Shown: in pieces, positions 52,031 to 64,000 of the stretch
Layout of the letters: the number at the start of each line of letters is the position of its first letter
Position numbering within the stretch: the first letter of the stretch is position 1
DNA from: Antedon mediterranea
Lineage: Eukaryota; Animalia; Echinodermata
Assembly (NCBI RefSeq): GCF_964355755.1
Contig: NC_092672.1
Coordinates: 22,581,237 to 22,645,236 of the forward strand
DNA length: 64,000 nt
Reading direction: 5' to 3'
Program-made: the position numbers and the translations under genes
Notes under the pieces: generated by a model
Seen by the model: the letters and a program-made list of their open reading frames with translations, nothing else
The model's database searches: none
What the model was told of the DNA's origin: nothing

Positions 52031-53033
52031 CATCACAGCCACTGATCATAACTGGGCCCTCTTGGAGACCAGTCTTTGACTGAAGAGGTTGCCCAGTATA
52101 AACAAAATATTTTAATTTCAATAATGACACGTCAACCAGTAATTTTGATCAAAACAAATTTAAGGCAAATGTACTGTACATTACTTTACATATAGTCTAC
52201 TCGCCCTAATTTGCTAAACATTTTAGCAGCTAGAAATATTGCCACATAATTTTTTTTGGGTAAAAAATGTGTATTTTTTTTTTCGTCCAATGTTGAGAGT
52301 GGCCTAACAACAATGAAATCCATAAATTATAAATAATTACAACATTGTTTTTCATATGTACTGTATGGACAATGGTGTTTATAACCCTTTGATTAACCCC
52401 ACATTTCATAGGATACATACTGTACAGTACAAACAATGGCATAGACTCAACATTAGGATGTTTTTTCACTGACAGAATTAACTTGGATTTATAGATTCAA
52501 CAGCAAAGTGAAGTTCTCGTTCATGTTTTATGCCACAAATTCAGACCACTGGTTCCTTCTGAGCATGTACAATACAATTGTGTCATCATCAAAGTGGTTC
52601 TGAAGCGGGTTGATTTGACAGATTTCCATGTTAATTCATTGCTCCTTGCTTATTCTTATAGTAATATTGTAATACGTCAACACTACTTCTGTAACACAAG
52701 GCAAACTAGTGCTGATCTATTGATACTAACACTAAGAAATCTTCTGACAGACTCTGAGCTGGTTTATATCCATTGTTATAATTTGTTTTCATTCTGAATT
52801 GTCTGACTTGGCATAACCATCTGGTATGCAAATAACCATCTGGTATGCAAACACAATAATCAAAGGAAGTGTCCTCATTATCACATTACCTGTACAAATT
52901 GTTGTACTTTATTATTAGGAATTTAAAAGAGAAAAAAATGTTACCTTTGAGTTTGTTTTTAAAAATTACAGTATGACTCTGAGAATAAGAACATGATGTT
53001 TGGTATGATAATTATCTATACTATGTGAAATAT

Positions 53034-53132
53034 AATAACCTCTATGTGCTTAATATTTTAACCCAAGCTGGTCACAACCTCATATGTATGTGCCTGATCG
53101 AGGCAGAATCAGATGTGAATGTTGCAAGCGAT
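53034..53132 (+). pseudogene. Divergent ankyrin exon with apparently mutated acceptor
   Basis: 99 nt NNLYVLNILTQAGHNLICMCLIEAESDVNVASD, good GTAAGT donor, but TAT instead of TAG at the expected acceptor. Confidence 0.72.
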
Positions 53133-54394
53133 GTAAGTCATATATTTAACAAAATATTTTACTTTTTTTTCCAATTTAAAAAGTCTAGATTAATTTTTCA
53201 CAAAATCTACAAATTGGAGTAGTAAAGATTTTGTCTGATTTAATGTTGTAATTATAGATACAAAATCTTCACTCATCTTAAACCTTATTTATTGTTTTAA
53301 TGATTTACATTAATACATATACAACAAATACAATACATTAGTTTATATTTTTGAATGACAGGTTTGCCAAATATAATTGTGGCACATTTCAACAAATTAC
53401 AGCATATAATTACTGTAGATAAAACCAAATTACATTTGCTCATAAAGAGTATTATCATTCTTCGGAATGTGCCTTGAAAGCTTTGGTCTTTGCTCTATCG
53501 TCTTACTGTACACCATTGCTTGTAGTATAATATCACACTACCCGGTCTGTGTTAAATATAAAGGCATCCATGTCTAATTCATATGTTATATTTACCTGTT
53601 TCAAATGAAAAAAATTGATAGCTAAATTGTTTTAAATTTAAAGAAATGCAGAAAATAATTTGCAAGCATATTAATTATATTGAACATAATGAACAACTAT
53701 CTAAAAGGTAGTCTTCTTTATTGTACCTTTTTAATATCCTAGATGTGGGTAAAGTACATTGGAAGAATCCTCTTTCACTTCTCATCTGTTAACATACATA
53801 TTTTATTTGTTTATTCTTTAACTTCATTTATATATTATTCTTCATTTATATGTAAAATTGTGAAATTCTAAGCATGCCATGAAACATTTTATTATCTTAT
53901 TTTATGCAATGTAATTATATTCTTCAGTCTATTACGTGCCTAGCTTACCTGGATAAACCGACAAATGCCATATTTCTCCTCGAAGAGCGAGATATACTCG
54001 AAAAGTAGAAAATTCATTGAACACCCCTCTCTCTAAATGGTACAGTCCACAAACCTCAAGTGGGAACATCCCTACAATTCACCATCATCATTTCTTTTCG
54101 AGACATGAAAGAGTAAACATGTCTGACAAAGAGCTTGCAATTCACAGTGAATTTGCTGTTTGCAAAGAAAGTTACTGAGATTGCTACTACATGCGCACGA
54201 AGCTAAGTAGTTGTTCTTGTTTAGAGATTCATTGAAGTGTCATAATTTTGACTTTAAATATGCTTTCCTAGGCCAACTGTCTAGGATGTTTGCAGTAGCA
54301 TAGGGGGCCTAAGCCTAAAACTGTAGCAGGCTAAGACTCCTATGTAAGCCTGGAGTCCTGCTTGGGCTGGCCTCCTAATCATTCAACATCTCTT

Positions 54395-54930
54395 AAGGGG
54401 CCTAGACTTAGAACTTGCAGGTCAAGCTTACCCCCTTTATGGGGCAGCTCCTGTTCTTGCTTATGGCCTAACATAGTGTTTAGGCCTAGTTCTGTTTGAG
54501 CTGACCTTCTTATCATTCAACATCTGGGCCTAGACTTAAATCTTGCAGGTCGAGCTTCCCCCATTATGGGGCAGCTCCTGTTCTTGTGTACTGCCTAAGA
54601 TAGTGATTAGGCTTATCTTTTGAGCTGGCCTTCTGAGTTATCATTCTCACATCTCATAGGGAACTAGACTTGGAATTTGCAGGACAAGCTTACCCCCTTT
54701 ATGGGGCAGCTCCGGTTCTTGCTTATGGCCTAACATAGTGTTTAGACCTACTGTTTGGGCTGGCCTCCTGAGTTATCGTTCAACACATTTCGATAGGGGA
54801 GGCCTGACTTAGATATTGCAGGACAAACTTACCCCCTTTATGGAGCAGTTCCAGTCCTTGCATGCTGCATAAGACTAGGCATTCTGTTTTACTAGACAAA
54901 GAGGCCTAACATTGTGCTAGACCTTTAAAG
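54395..54930. repeat. About 130-140-bp diverged tandem repeat, about 4 copies, in the DIRS 5' region
   Basis: GGCCTAGACTTAGAACTTGCAGG..AAGCTTACCCCCTTTATGGGGCAGCTCC repeated. Confidence 0.8.
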
Positions 54931-56539
54931 GTCTGGTCCCCAGGAGTCATAGTCACCTCTCTCCAAGATCGATCCGTCTGTTCATATATATACAGTATAA
55001 GCAAATTCCTTCAGGTCAGCTGCGACTGACTCGCCTTTTCTGATCTAAGATTTGACCTCCGGCCTGGCTCATTGAGTTGCCTGGTCGACTACATGTACAT
55101 GGTACATTTGTACCATCTGTACTGAGGTTTATGTAGAGTTTACAGTCTACAGTAGTCAATCTTTGAGGCATTGCTTATTTGTGCTGCAGACGCACCTGCT
55201 AACACTGTGTCTTCTTTGAGCATGCAAGATGAATGTTGGTTCCTTGCAGTGCTGGAGGCCATTTCAAAACGAAAATATTCCTCCCTTCAGGCCGTACTTT
55301 TCGGTATTGCCTTCCCTCGTCATTGATCATGGCTTGTTACAGGTTACGACAATGACGACACTATCTTCTACTGAGCGAAGATCGTGGAAGGCACGGGTAG
55401 GTTTTTGCAGGTTAGAATAATAATTATCATTCCTGCGTTGCTTGTGTTGGTTCACTTGCTGTGCATTCACCGCTCAGGAAGGCCCCAATTTATCCAGTCA
55501 TTCTCCTGGATTGTCAACAGGCTTAATCTTTTGATTGAGAGCCTTTTTGCCTTCCTTCTAACGCAGGAACAATTCGGGCATTACGTGTCGGCACCTCAGA
55601 TCCTGACACTTTTTAGGGTATGTCTCCTTGCCGTCTGTCACTGCCAATAAGAAACATTCTGTGCGAGTGCCAACTTGTAAAACCTTAGCTTACCCTAGGT
55701 CGAGATTGCACTTCTGCATTTACCTGTTGAGTAATGCAGGTACTCACAGTGTTGAGCTACTGGTATGCCTTTGATGCAACCACAATGATTTCACAGACAG
55801 CGCTACTAGTTGACGCACCTAGGTTCGCCCTAGTAGTGTATAGCTTGAAGGAGAACACATGGACCTACAAATCAAGGCTACTCTGCTTACTGTATGAGTT
55901 AAGCAGAAGCAGCAAGCCACCCTGTACACATGTACCCTGTTGGCTGCTGATGAGGTTGCTAGAAAAAGAGAGTGCAACCATTATAGCTTTTGGTCCCACG
56001 CCGATGGTGCCACTGTGCTCGCTCCCATGCCCGCCACCACAAGTCTGTCTAAAATTCAGACTTTTTCACGCACACAATCTGTATCCTGCACGAGGCAGAT
56101 CAGACAGGGCTGCACGTTCAACACCAAGATTGCAAAGTAACAGAGATTGCAGGTTCTGGTGACATGCTGGTGGAGTCTGTACCCTCGAAGGTCAGACAAA
56201 TGGGGGGTTCGCCTAAGATGGTTTGCCTGAGTGTGGGAGACCCCTGCTGGAGAGCAGGTGGTTTCTCTCCACAATTACACACAGCTATTGCATTATGTTA
56301 ATTAACATTACGAGCCCCCTAGTAAGCGGGGAGCTCGCTCGACAAGGATACCGCCAGAGCCACAAAAGAGTTGTGTGCGTCTGCACGGTCTTTCTTTCCT
56401 GCCCAAAAAGGGGCAGTGGAACAAGTCGACATACAATGCGCTGTCTCAGGACACGAGTCTACCGTCTTCCTAACAGAAAAAAACGGGCGATGGCGACCCA
56501 TACTGAACCTTATGAGTCTAGACTAGCGGTTCTTTCGGC

Positions 56540-58040
56540 CCCAAAGGTTTAGGTGGAGACAGCCTCATCCATCCTGTTGGGGCTAGGACGAGAAGACTGG
56601 GCGGCCTTGATAGATCTGAAAGACGCATACTTTCACTTCCCTATCGCCGAGGCGGATCAACGCTGGTTGCGTTTCAGAATCCATGACCAACTTACCAATC
56701 CGTAGTTTTGCCGACCAACGGCCCTTGCGTGTTTACACGCATAGTAAGAATGCTGTCGACATTCTTTTACCAACATGGCATAAGAGTGTTCATGTATCTC
56801 GACGATTGGTTGGTCGTGGCCCAGTCTAAGGACAGACTGATGAGCAGTCTACAATATGTCCTTATCGTTACGGAACAGGCAGGTTTCATTATAAATCGGG
56901 AAAAGTCGTGCCTGGTGCAGACTCAATCCCGCTATATCTCGGATCACAGATAAATCTCGTGACGGGCTTGGCGTGTCCATCCCAACAATGAATAGCGTCT
57001 GCAATGAGTGCAGTACGCAATCTAATTACTGTTCATGCTCCGATGGTTTACGAATGGCTCAGAGCACTAGGATGTCTGGCCAGCTTCGTCGCCTTAGTTC
57101 CGTATTGCCGGCTGTGTATGAGACCAGGACAGCTTTATCTGCTGGCTTATTACCGACCGCACTTAGACTCATTACTCAAAGTGGTCCGATGAATGCCTTC
57201 ATCCGAACGCATCTCAAATGGTGGCTGGTAGGAGGCAGGTTGACTGTGGGAATGCCAATTCAAAAATCATTGCCGGGCGTCCGTATAGAGACAGACGCAT
57301 CCGAGACAGGCTGGGGCGGTTGCTCCAAGGCACTCCGCGCCTCCGGTCGAGGAGGCGCGCTCCCACATCAACCTCCTAGAACTCTGTGCAGTCGAAAAGA
57401 CCTTGAAGGCCCTTCGACCTCACGTGACCGGTCGTCACGTCCTTATCCATTCCGACAACTCATCAGGGGTAGCATATATAAATCGTCAAGGAGGCACGAG
57501 GTCCCCGACGTTATGCTTTCACCTGTGGACTCTGATGTTGTGGTGCGTAGACAACAACATCACACTTGGCTGCCCACAATGCGGGCAGCCTCAACATTGT
57601 TGCGGACGCCCTGTCCTGACAAACACGGAATGGCGCCTTCTACCCAGCATTGCCACACTGATATTCGACCACTTCGGGCGGCCTCATATAGAAATGTTTG
57701 CGACGTCAGACAACACATAGATCCCGACCTTCTGCACAAGGTTTCGGGATGCACGTGCGTGGGCGGTGGATGCCCTATCCATACCGTGGGTCGGTCTATG
57801 GGTTTATGCGTTTCCACCGATCTCACTAATACCAACTGTTCTGACACACATTCAGCGCCATCCTTGCCGGGTCCTTCTGATCGGGCTGGACTCGACAAGT
57901 GTGGTATCCACTGCTTCTCGACCTGCTCTGCGATCATCCCCTGCGTCTTCCAGTTCGAGAGGATCTGCTGACGCAGGGCCGAGCTCTGTTCTCACTACAG
58001 AACCTACAATCCCTGCGCCTAACTGTATGGCCATTTTCAG
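56540..58040 (+). pseudogene. DIRS pol (RT, RNase H, adenine methyltransferase-like), multiple frameshifts and stops
   Basis: IDLKDAYFH, YLDDWLV, TDASETGWG, HINLLEL, SDNSSGVAYINRQGGTRS, EW..F...IEMFA, DALSIPW..YAFPP. Confidence 0.92.
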
Positions 58041-58430
58041 GGATCAGCTCCGAGACTCAGGCATTCCAGATGGCCCTGCCGCCCTTGCGGCGAAATCTCG
58101 TCGGGAATCTACTCTTGCCGTCTACAATAGCCGATTAAAGCATTTCTTTACATGGTGCAGGCGCCAACAAATAGAACCAGGGTTGGTTACCCTTGGTCAA
58201 GTATGCGCCTTCCTGCATTACCTATTTGAGTCAGGTCTTCAGGTCCGCACCATTTCAGGCTATAGGCTCGCCATTGGGGCGGTGACACCAACACTAAAAG
58301 ACGGTTCCACGATTTCGTCATCCCCCGTTATCGCTCAGATGATACGGGGAATGTTCAGAGAACGACCTCCAGTTAAGGTCTTGATTCCTCGATGGGATGT
58401 TAACGTCGTCCTAGCCACTCTCTCACACAC
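58027..58430 (+). pseudogene. DIRS tyrosine recombinase N-terminal (SAM-like) part; catalytic domain largely deleted
   Basis: RRESTLAVYNSRLKHFFTWC, FLHYLFESGLQVRTISGYRLAI, IRGMFRERP, PRWDVNVVL. Confidence 0.85.
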
Positions 58431-58926
58431 CCACCCTTATAGCCTGCTTATAATAGCACTTGGACCGCCGATGGCGCCAGGTAAATGCTGAGGCAAGTTG
58501 TTCGCTCTTACCTTGGAACCAAGTCAGAGGTAATTGTGGAGGGTGCAGCTAGTACTTAATGATGTTTTCTAGCATGAGGGAAACTGCATCGAATCAGAGC
58601 CCCCGGTGAGCGAGGTGCTCTTTTGAAAAGGATACCGTCGGAGCCACTAAAGAGTTGTGGATTCCTGTACGGCCTCAAGGTCTTGCTTCAAGATCTTGCT
58701 TAAAAAAAAAAAATAAATAAATAAAGATATCGATGCACGGACTAGAGAAACCGAACGTTTCCAGTGCCGCTGTTGTGCACCATCTGTCCATAGAGGCATG
58801 ATGGTGAACACATTACCTTGGACAGCTCTGCAAACCTTGTGCCTGTAGCCACATCAGTGATGGACACACAAAGCTCATTGGTAGCTTGTCTCCCACCGCC
58901 GACTAGTACCTAGTCCGGTGCTACAC

Positions 58927-59025
58927 TGGCATTTGTCGGTTTATCCAGGTAAGCTAGGCACGTAATAGACTACACAAACCAGAAATGGTGTTGGTAGTCT
59001 ATAAGTGCTAGCTTACCTGGATAAA
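58927..59025. other. DIRS internal complementary region (ICR)
   Basis: Reverse complement of the left end (…GCACGTAATAGACT) directly joined to the reverse complement of the right-end extension (ACACAAACCAGAAATGG…). Confidence 0.93.
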
Positions 59026-62000
59026 CACCCTCCCGCCATCCCCTCAGACAAGAGGTCTTGAGAAATGATGATGGTGAATTGTAGGGATGTTCCCACTTGA
59101 GGTTTGTGGACTGTACCATTTAGAGAGAGGGGTGTTCAATGAATTTTCTACTTTTCGAGTATATCTCGCTCTTCGAGGAGAAATATGGCATTTGTCGGTT
59201 TATCCAGGTAAGCTAGCACTTATAGACTACCAACACCATTTCTGGTTTGTGTAATTTAAAGTAGGATCTTGATGTTTTTCAACAACAGCTAGCTATAGAA
59301 AGAAAGTTGATTGAATATAATTATATGTAACTTTTTTAGAAAATTCAGTCGATGATCAATGGTTTAAAAAAAAAGAAATATTTGATACAGTATTTAAAAT
59401 GAATTAATAAAAACAATTATGCATTTCTTCAATAGTCGCAAATGGTAACTGGCTGGCCTCTTAATTTATTTCAAAATGTACCCAACTTTGTCAATAAATG
59501 ATCCAATATTGTGAAATAAGTAAATAATATTCTAATTTTAGCTATTAATTACCGGTATGTGAAAATCATTCAATTTGAGGCCTCTAATATTAATCTCATA
59601 TTAGTAAGCATGTCCTGATCAATTTTAAATTTCAGTGCTAAATAAACTTGTCTCCTAAATCTAAACTTAGTTTTCTTCATCTTTCTGAGATAAAACATTG
59701 TTTGAATGCCTTTCTGATGAATTTGACAGTAAAACAAAGGTTATTTCATTGCAAACCATTGTTTATATCACCATAGTTAATACAGTTTTAAAGAAAACTG
59801 AATAGGCCAAATTTGTTTCATGTCCAGGATTTGAATTTTCAATTTTTTATTTGAGAAATGTACAAAATATGTGAAAGATGGTGTTACATACAGTTCAGTT
59901 GTGTTTACATACCTTAGAGTGTGTAATAAATGCTTCATTTTTATTTTTTTTATTACTATTAAAAGATACAATGTAGCTAATAAATTAGAAAGTCATCCAT
60001 CTCCAAAATTTGATTATAAAGGAAATATGAAACTAATTAACATTTTGTTTTTATTTATTTTATCTTTCATATTATGTTATTAATCTATGATTTATATATA
60101 CTACAGCTTGTGTATCTGACAGTGTTCTTTCTTCTTTATTTTAAATTAAAAAACGCCAGTTTGGAGCAATGTTAAATGATCAAAGCTAAACATAATTGTC
60201 AAACATAATAATTATAATACAGTTAACCTTTCCACCTACGCACTGTAATTCTTAATTACAAACTTTCTTATTTACAAATGCCGGTCATCACTAAGTTTGT
60301 TTACACTTGATATACTTACCTTCTGCATGTAAATTATGTTATTTCAAAATTACATGCGGAACAATAAAGTTATTGATTAATCATTAATACTCCTCACACT
60401 TATTTAAATTTTATTAATAAAATACTGTAATTTAATAATATTGATAATGTGCCAAATTGTTAAGTTAAATTGAGATTTGCTATTCTCTTAAAAACAAAAA
60501 ACAAATATATTCTTAGGCTAAATCTTACATAATTTATTTTAAATTGTATTTTTAAGTGTATATGGTAATTATTACAGTTATGATCATACTTCAGTTGAAA
60601 ATAATTTCCATTAAACAATTCTATAAGAGAAGAAGCACATTACGTGCAATAGCTTTCTTTAACTATTTTCAGTTAATTAATTGCAAATATATCCTGCATT
60701 ATTATTATTATTGCAATCATTATACTACTATATAATTTAAATTTAAGCAAATTATGTAGTTAGACAGGGGTAATAATGTCAGCTGCATTACATCAAATCA
60801 AGACATTTTAATACAATCACACTGCTAGAAACAATGGTCAATCCAATTAATTGTGGTGTGGTCCCAATTATTATGTCACTCATAAAGAATGGAAAAATAA
60901 TAATAATAATGGATAAATAAATGACAAATCCATTAGGTGCTCTATAAATATTGTTTATTATTATTATAATATAACTTTAAAATCATAGCACATGGGCAGT
61001 ACTCACCAATTTTCAAATTTGTTGCTCATACCAAAATGTAAAACCACTAATGCTAGAGAATTTACAGACTTATCGCAAAATCAGCATTGCATTAAACTAT
61101 CACATGGAAGTTTTCAAATATTATATACTATAGCCCTGTTTCTGCTGCCAAGAATATACACACTGTATATTACTGTATTTTATATGGTATTTTTTGTGGC
61201 AGCAGAAATGGGTCTCATAAAAAATATACTGTATAAATATACCGCATATTTATCTTGATCATTATCGATATCGTTATCTCTGATATTTTATCAATCATAT
61301 ATTTCTTGCACCTTTCTGCTGCCTTATGAATATACCATCTATATTGTTCACCCATAACACAAGGTTTGTTAAACATACCCTACTTAGAACAATTACTAAA
61401 ATGTCACAGTGGACTGAAAATGTTAAGATAATTGCTCTATTTAAATGTGATAGAACCGAGGTTTCAGGGTAATAACAGGAGATGTAGAGTTTGGTTATCG
61501 TCAAAACAAGTGAACAGCAAGCAGTACAAAACAGCAAACTGACCATGGACAATGACTGCAAGTTGGGTAGACACAGGGTTTTCCGGTCCCATAGGGGATT
61601 TTGAGGGATCGAACCATAGCTATCTATTCCTCAATCCATACAATCTCACAAAGTAGTTTTCAAAAGAAACGGGTCACCGAATTATAATTCTAATATATTA
61701 TTACGGTATGTTTATGCCGTACATATTGTAGCAGAAACAGGACCTATCTTACATTAATGGCTCATTGGGATTACTAAAGGTTAGTATTTAATAGTAATAC
61801 CTAAGGGTAGACTCACAGCGTCAGGTTTGTTATCCAACACAAGGTAATCCGTGTCGTTAAAAGTCAGGGTGTTCAGACACAACGATCGACATTCCAATGC
61901 CCACATTTAAAACACTCTGATTAGGTCTAAGCAGATAGAACTATGCATACATTGATGTCAAACACATGATGGTTTACATTGTAAAGTTGTTCTTTGTTTA

Positions 62001-63074
62001 TTTATATTCATATAATGTTACTTTCAAAATATATTGATTTATACTACTCTTACTACTTACCACTTGCAGAGGATTTGCAATCTTGCTGTACAGGTATGCT
62101 GTTGGCCTGCTAATTGTGGTCGTGTCTTTTCATTTGTTAAAGTTAAAATCACTGGATTATCCTTATTAAATCTACCCTCTCCTGCTAGGGTTATTAACGC
62201 CACTGGCGAGGCGTAACAGCTTCCTAACGCTAATCTGCAGCTTAGTTCACATAAAAAAATATGTACACTGCTTAACATAACGCCACCGTCAGTCTGAACA
62301 TACCCTAAGACACTGAACAGTACTATGTTTAAAAATAAAAGTGATTAATCAAAGACTCCAGCTGATAACTCCTCCACATAAAACTCCTAGAAAGTAGGAA
62401 GCCTTTTGTCCTCTTCCCTGACTGACTGAGCAGATATACCTATGATCTCTCTATTAATAATTTATATTGTAAACCTTATTATGTAAACAGAAATATCAAT
62501 GAAATTTCTTCTTCACTAAAAAGTTGTTTAAAGATATGCTACATTATTAGCAATTTACACCTAAATCCAGCCCTCAGTCTTAACCCTTTTCCAACATGCA
62601 ATTCGTTTTTTAAGGATATTCACTACATTATTAGCAAATTACCCCCTAAATCCACCCTTTTCCAACATGGCTGTTGAAAAAGTGTGTCATCCAACGGAAT
62701 AGTTTTATTGCCAGTATTGTATGTCTGTGGATTTTCCATCTGAATTGACATAGCAGCAATCAATCATTTAATTAAGAAACCTTTGATATCAACAAACGTA
62801 TAAGCCAGTTTCGAAGTTACCTACTTCTATTCTAGTTGTAGTTAAATTGTTTCTACTGAATAATGATTTAAACGAAACACAATCGGCCTATAAAATTAGA
62901 AGTTAAAAAAAAACTAGAGGTGCCATTTATTATGAATTTCATGTGCGAAAGCATTTCTGGCCATATAGAGGTGTCATTTAACAAAATTTGCTTTAAATCC
63001 CGCTCCCTTTTCAGATCCTGGCCAAGGCCCTGGACATTTGGGCAATCACCTTAAAAGATAGTCCTGCTACCAGC

Positions 63075-64000
63075 CAGTGGTGGCGCCAGCGGGGGGCCGG
63101 GGGGCCAGGGCCCCCCCGTCGGGGAAAGCTGGCCCCCCTGTCGGGGAGTATTGGTCATATTTGTCGGGGAGAAAAATATGATCATTTCTTTTCTGGTAAA
63201 AAATAAAACCATATTAAGTGTACTACTATATATTTTAAGTAACTGCGGCATTCCATTTTTGACGTACGTACGATATACTGACAGCGAAGTAAACGGTATG
63301 ATGTGGTACGCATTTGTCTGGCGGTGTCTCTTTGTACGAATCTTTCATGGCTCACTGCGGTATACGCGTCGACATACATCCAGGGACCAAAATGTGTATT
63401 TTTCAGATTCCAGGCGAAAATCGAAAATTCATTTGCAACTACGCATCGACGTACGTTCATACAGGGATAAAGGTACGAGTTATGTTCTCACGGTTCAGTT
63501 TACGAATTGTTTCAATTTACCAATAACCCTTGGTGTACCGCGTATATGTCCGCTGTCGGTTGGTTGGCCCGAACCATAAAACAGGGTCTGGTCACGTTTC
63601 TTTTCGCGCATAAATCTCGATCTAGGGTAGGTGGGTGAATAGGGTGGCTAGCCACCTCCCTTAATTCTAAAGGGAAAAAAAAGATGCACCAAACCCATGA
63701 CCGTCGCTAGACGCGGATTTGACGCACTTGACTCTTTTTAAGAAGAGTAGGCTAGAGCTATAGTTGTGTAAATAGGCCTACATAGTGAAATAACTATTTA
63801 TGAATTCAAGAGTCTAAAAAGAAAACGCAATTTAAAATCTTCGGAAAATACCCACAACTGAGTTATTTTCAAAACACATGCACTCCCATTACCAGCATCA
63901 CGTTTTCTTAGCTCGCTCCTCGTGTGAATGCTGACGTCATCACTCTCCAAAAAATACACCATTTTCCGCCCTGGTCCGTGTGCAAGCGTTAGCGTGGACC
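63075..64000. mobile_element. Probable left end of a hAT-type element running off the window
   Basis: CAGTGGTGGCGCCAG terminus followed by GC-rich GGGGGCC/GGCCCCC subterminal repeats; right end not visible. Confidence 0.55.

Larger units (their letters stand above)
53926..59252 (+). mobile_element. DIRS1-type tyrosine-recombinase retrotransposon (decayed coding region, intact termini)
   Basis: ITRs 53926-54094 and about 59061-59252; ICR 58927-59025; RT, RNase H, MT and YR remnants; no TSD. Confidence 0.95.

Noticed and set aside
52033-52110. SINE/LINE-like 3' tail hairpin
   Set aside because: Too short, with no pol III boxes or TSD visible to support a call
53742-53760. Possible further exon after TCCTAG acceptor
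   Set aside because: No ankyrin similarity and no convincing donor or frame
56973-57971. 332-aa ORF as a separate gene
   Set aside because: Mostly an alternative frame of frameshifted DIRS pol; only the central TDASETGWG part is in the real frame
61132-61215. Short inverted repeat TTTCTGCTGCCA
   Set aside because: Possibly a tiny MITE, but no clear TSD; insufficient to classify

Overview
AT-rich eukaryotic (metazoan, probably marine invertebrate or echinoderm-like; inferred, not proven) genomic window dominated by transposable elements and tandem repeats. There are no prokaryotic operons, CRISPR arrays, rRNA or tRNA genes. Retroelements: a young 5'-truncated CR1-clade LINE with an intact RT ORF, a Penelope-like RT fragment with an inverted pLTR and a degenerate hammerhead-like motif, and a decayed DIRS1-type retrotransposon with intact ITR/ICR architecture. 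DNA transposons with readable TIRs and TSDs: Kolobok-like, Ginger-like, MULE-like, PIF/Harbinger, Chapaev (RAG1/Transib-related motifs), EnSpm/CMC-like, Academ, hAT and P-like, often nested 2-3 deep. The only host gene I can support is a + strand ankyrin-repeat gene (exons 26395-26455, 27110-27184, 44484-44582), followed by two apparently decayed duplicate ankyrin exons. The most unusual signal is a recurrent TA->TAGGCCTA micro-insertion, visible by comparing paralogous copies inside the window, alongside classic TA->TACAGTA/TACTGTA Tc1/mariner footprints. All superfamily calls rest on termini, TSDs and hand-read motifs, not database searches, and coordinates were counted by eye.
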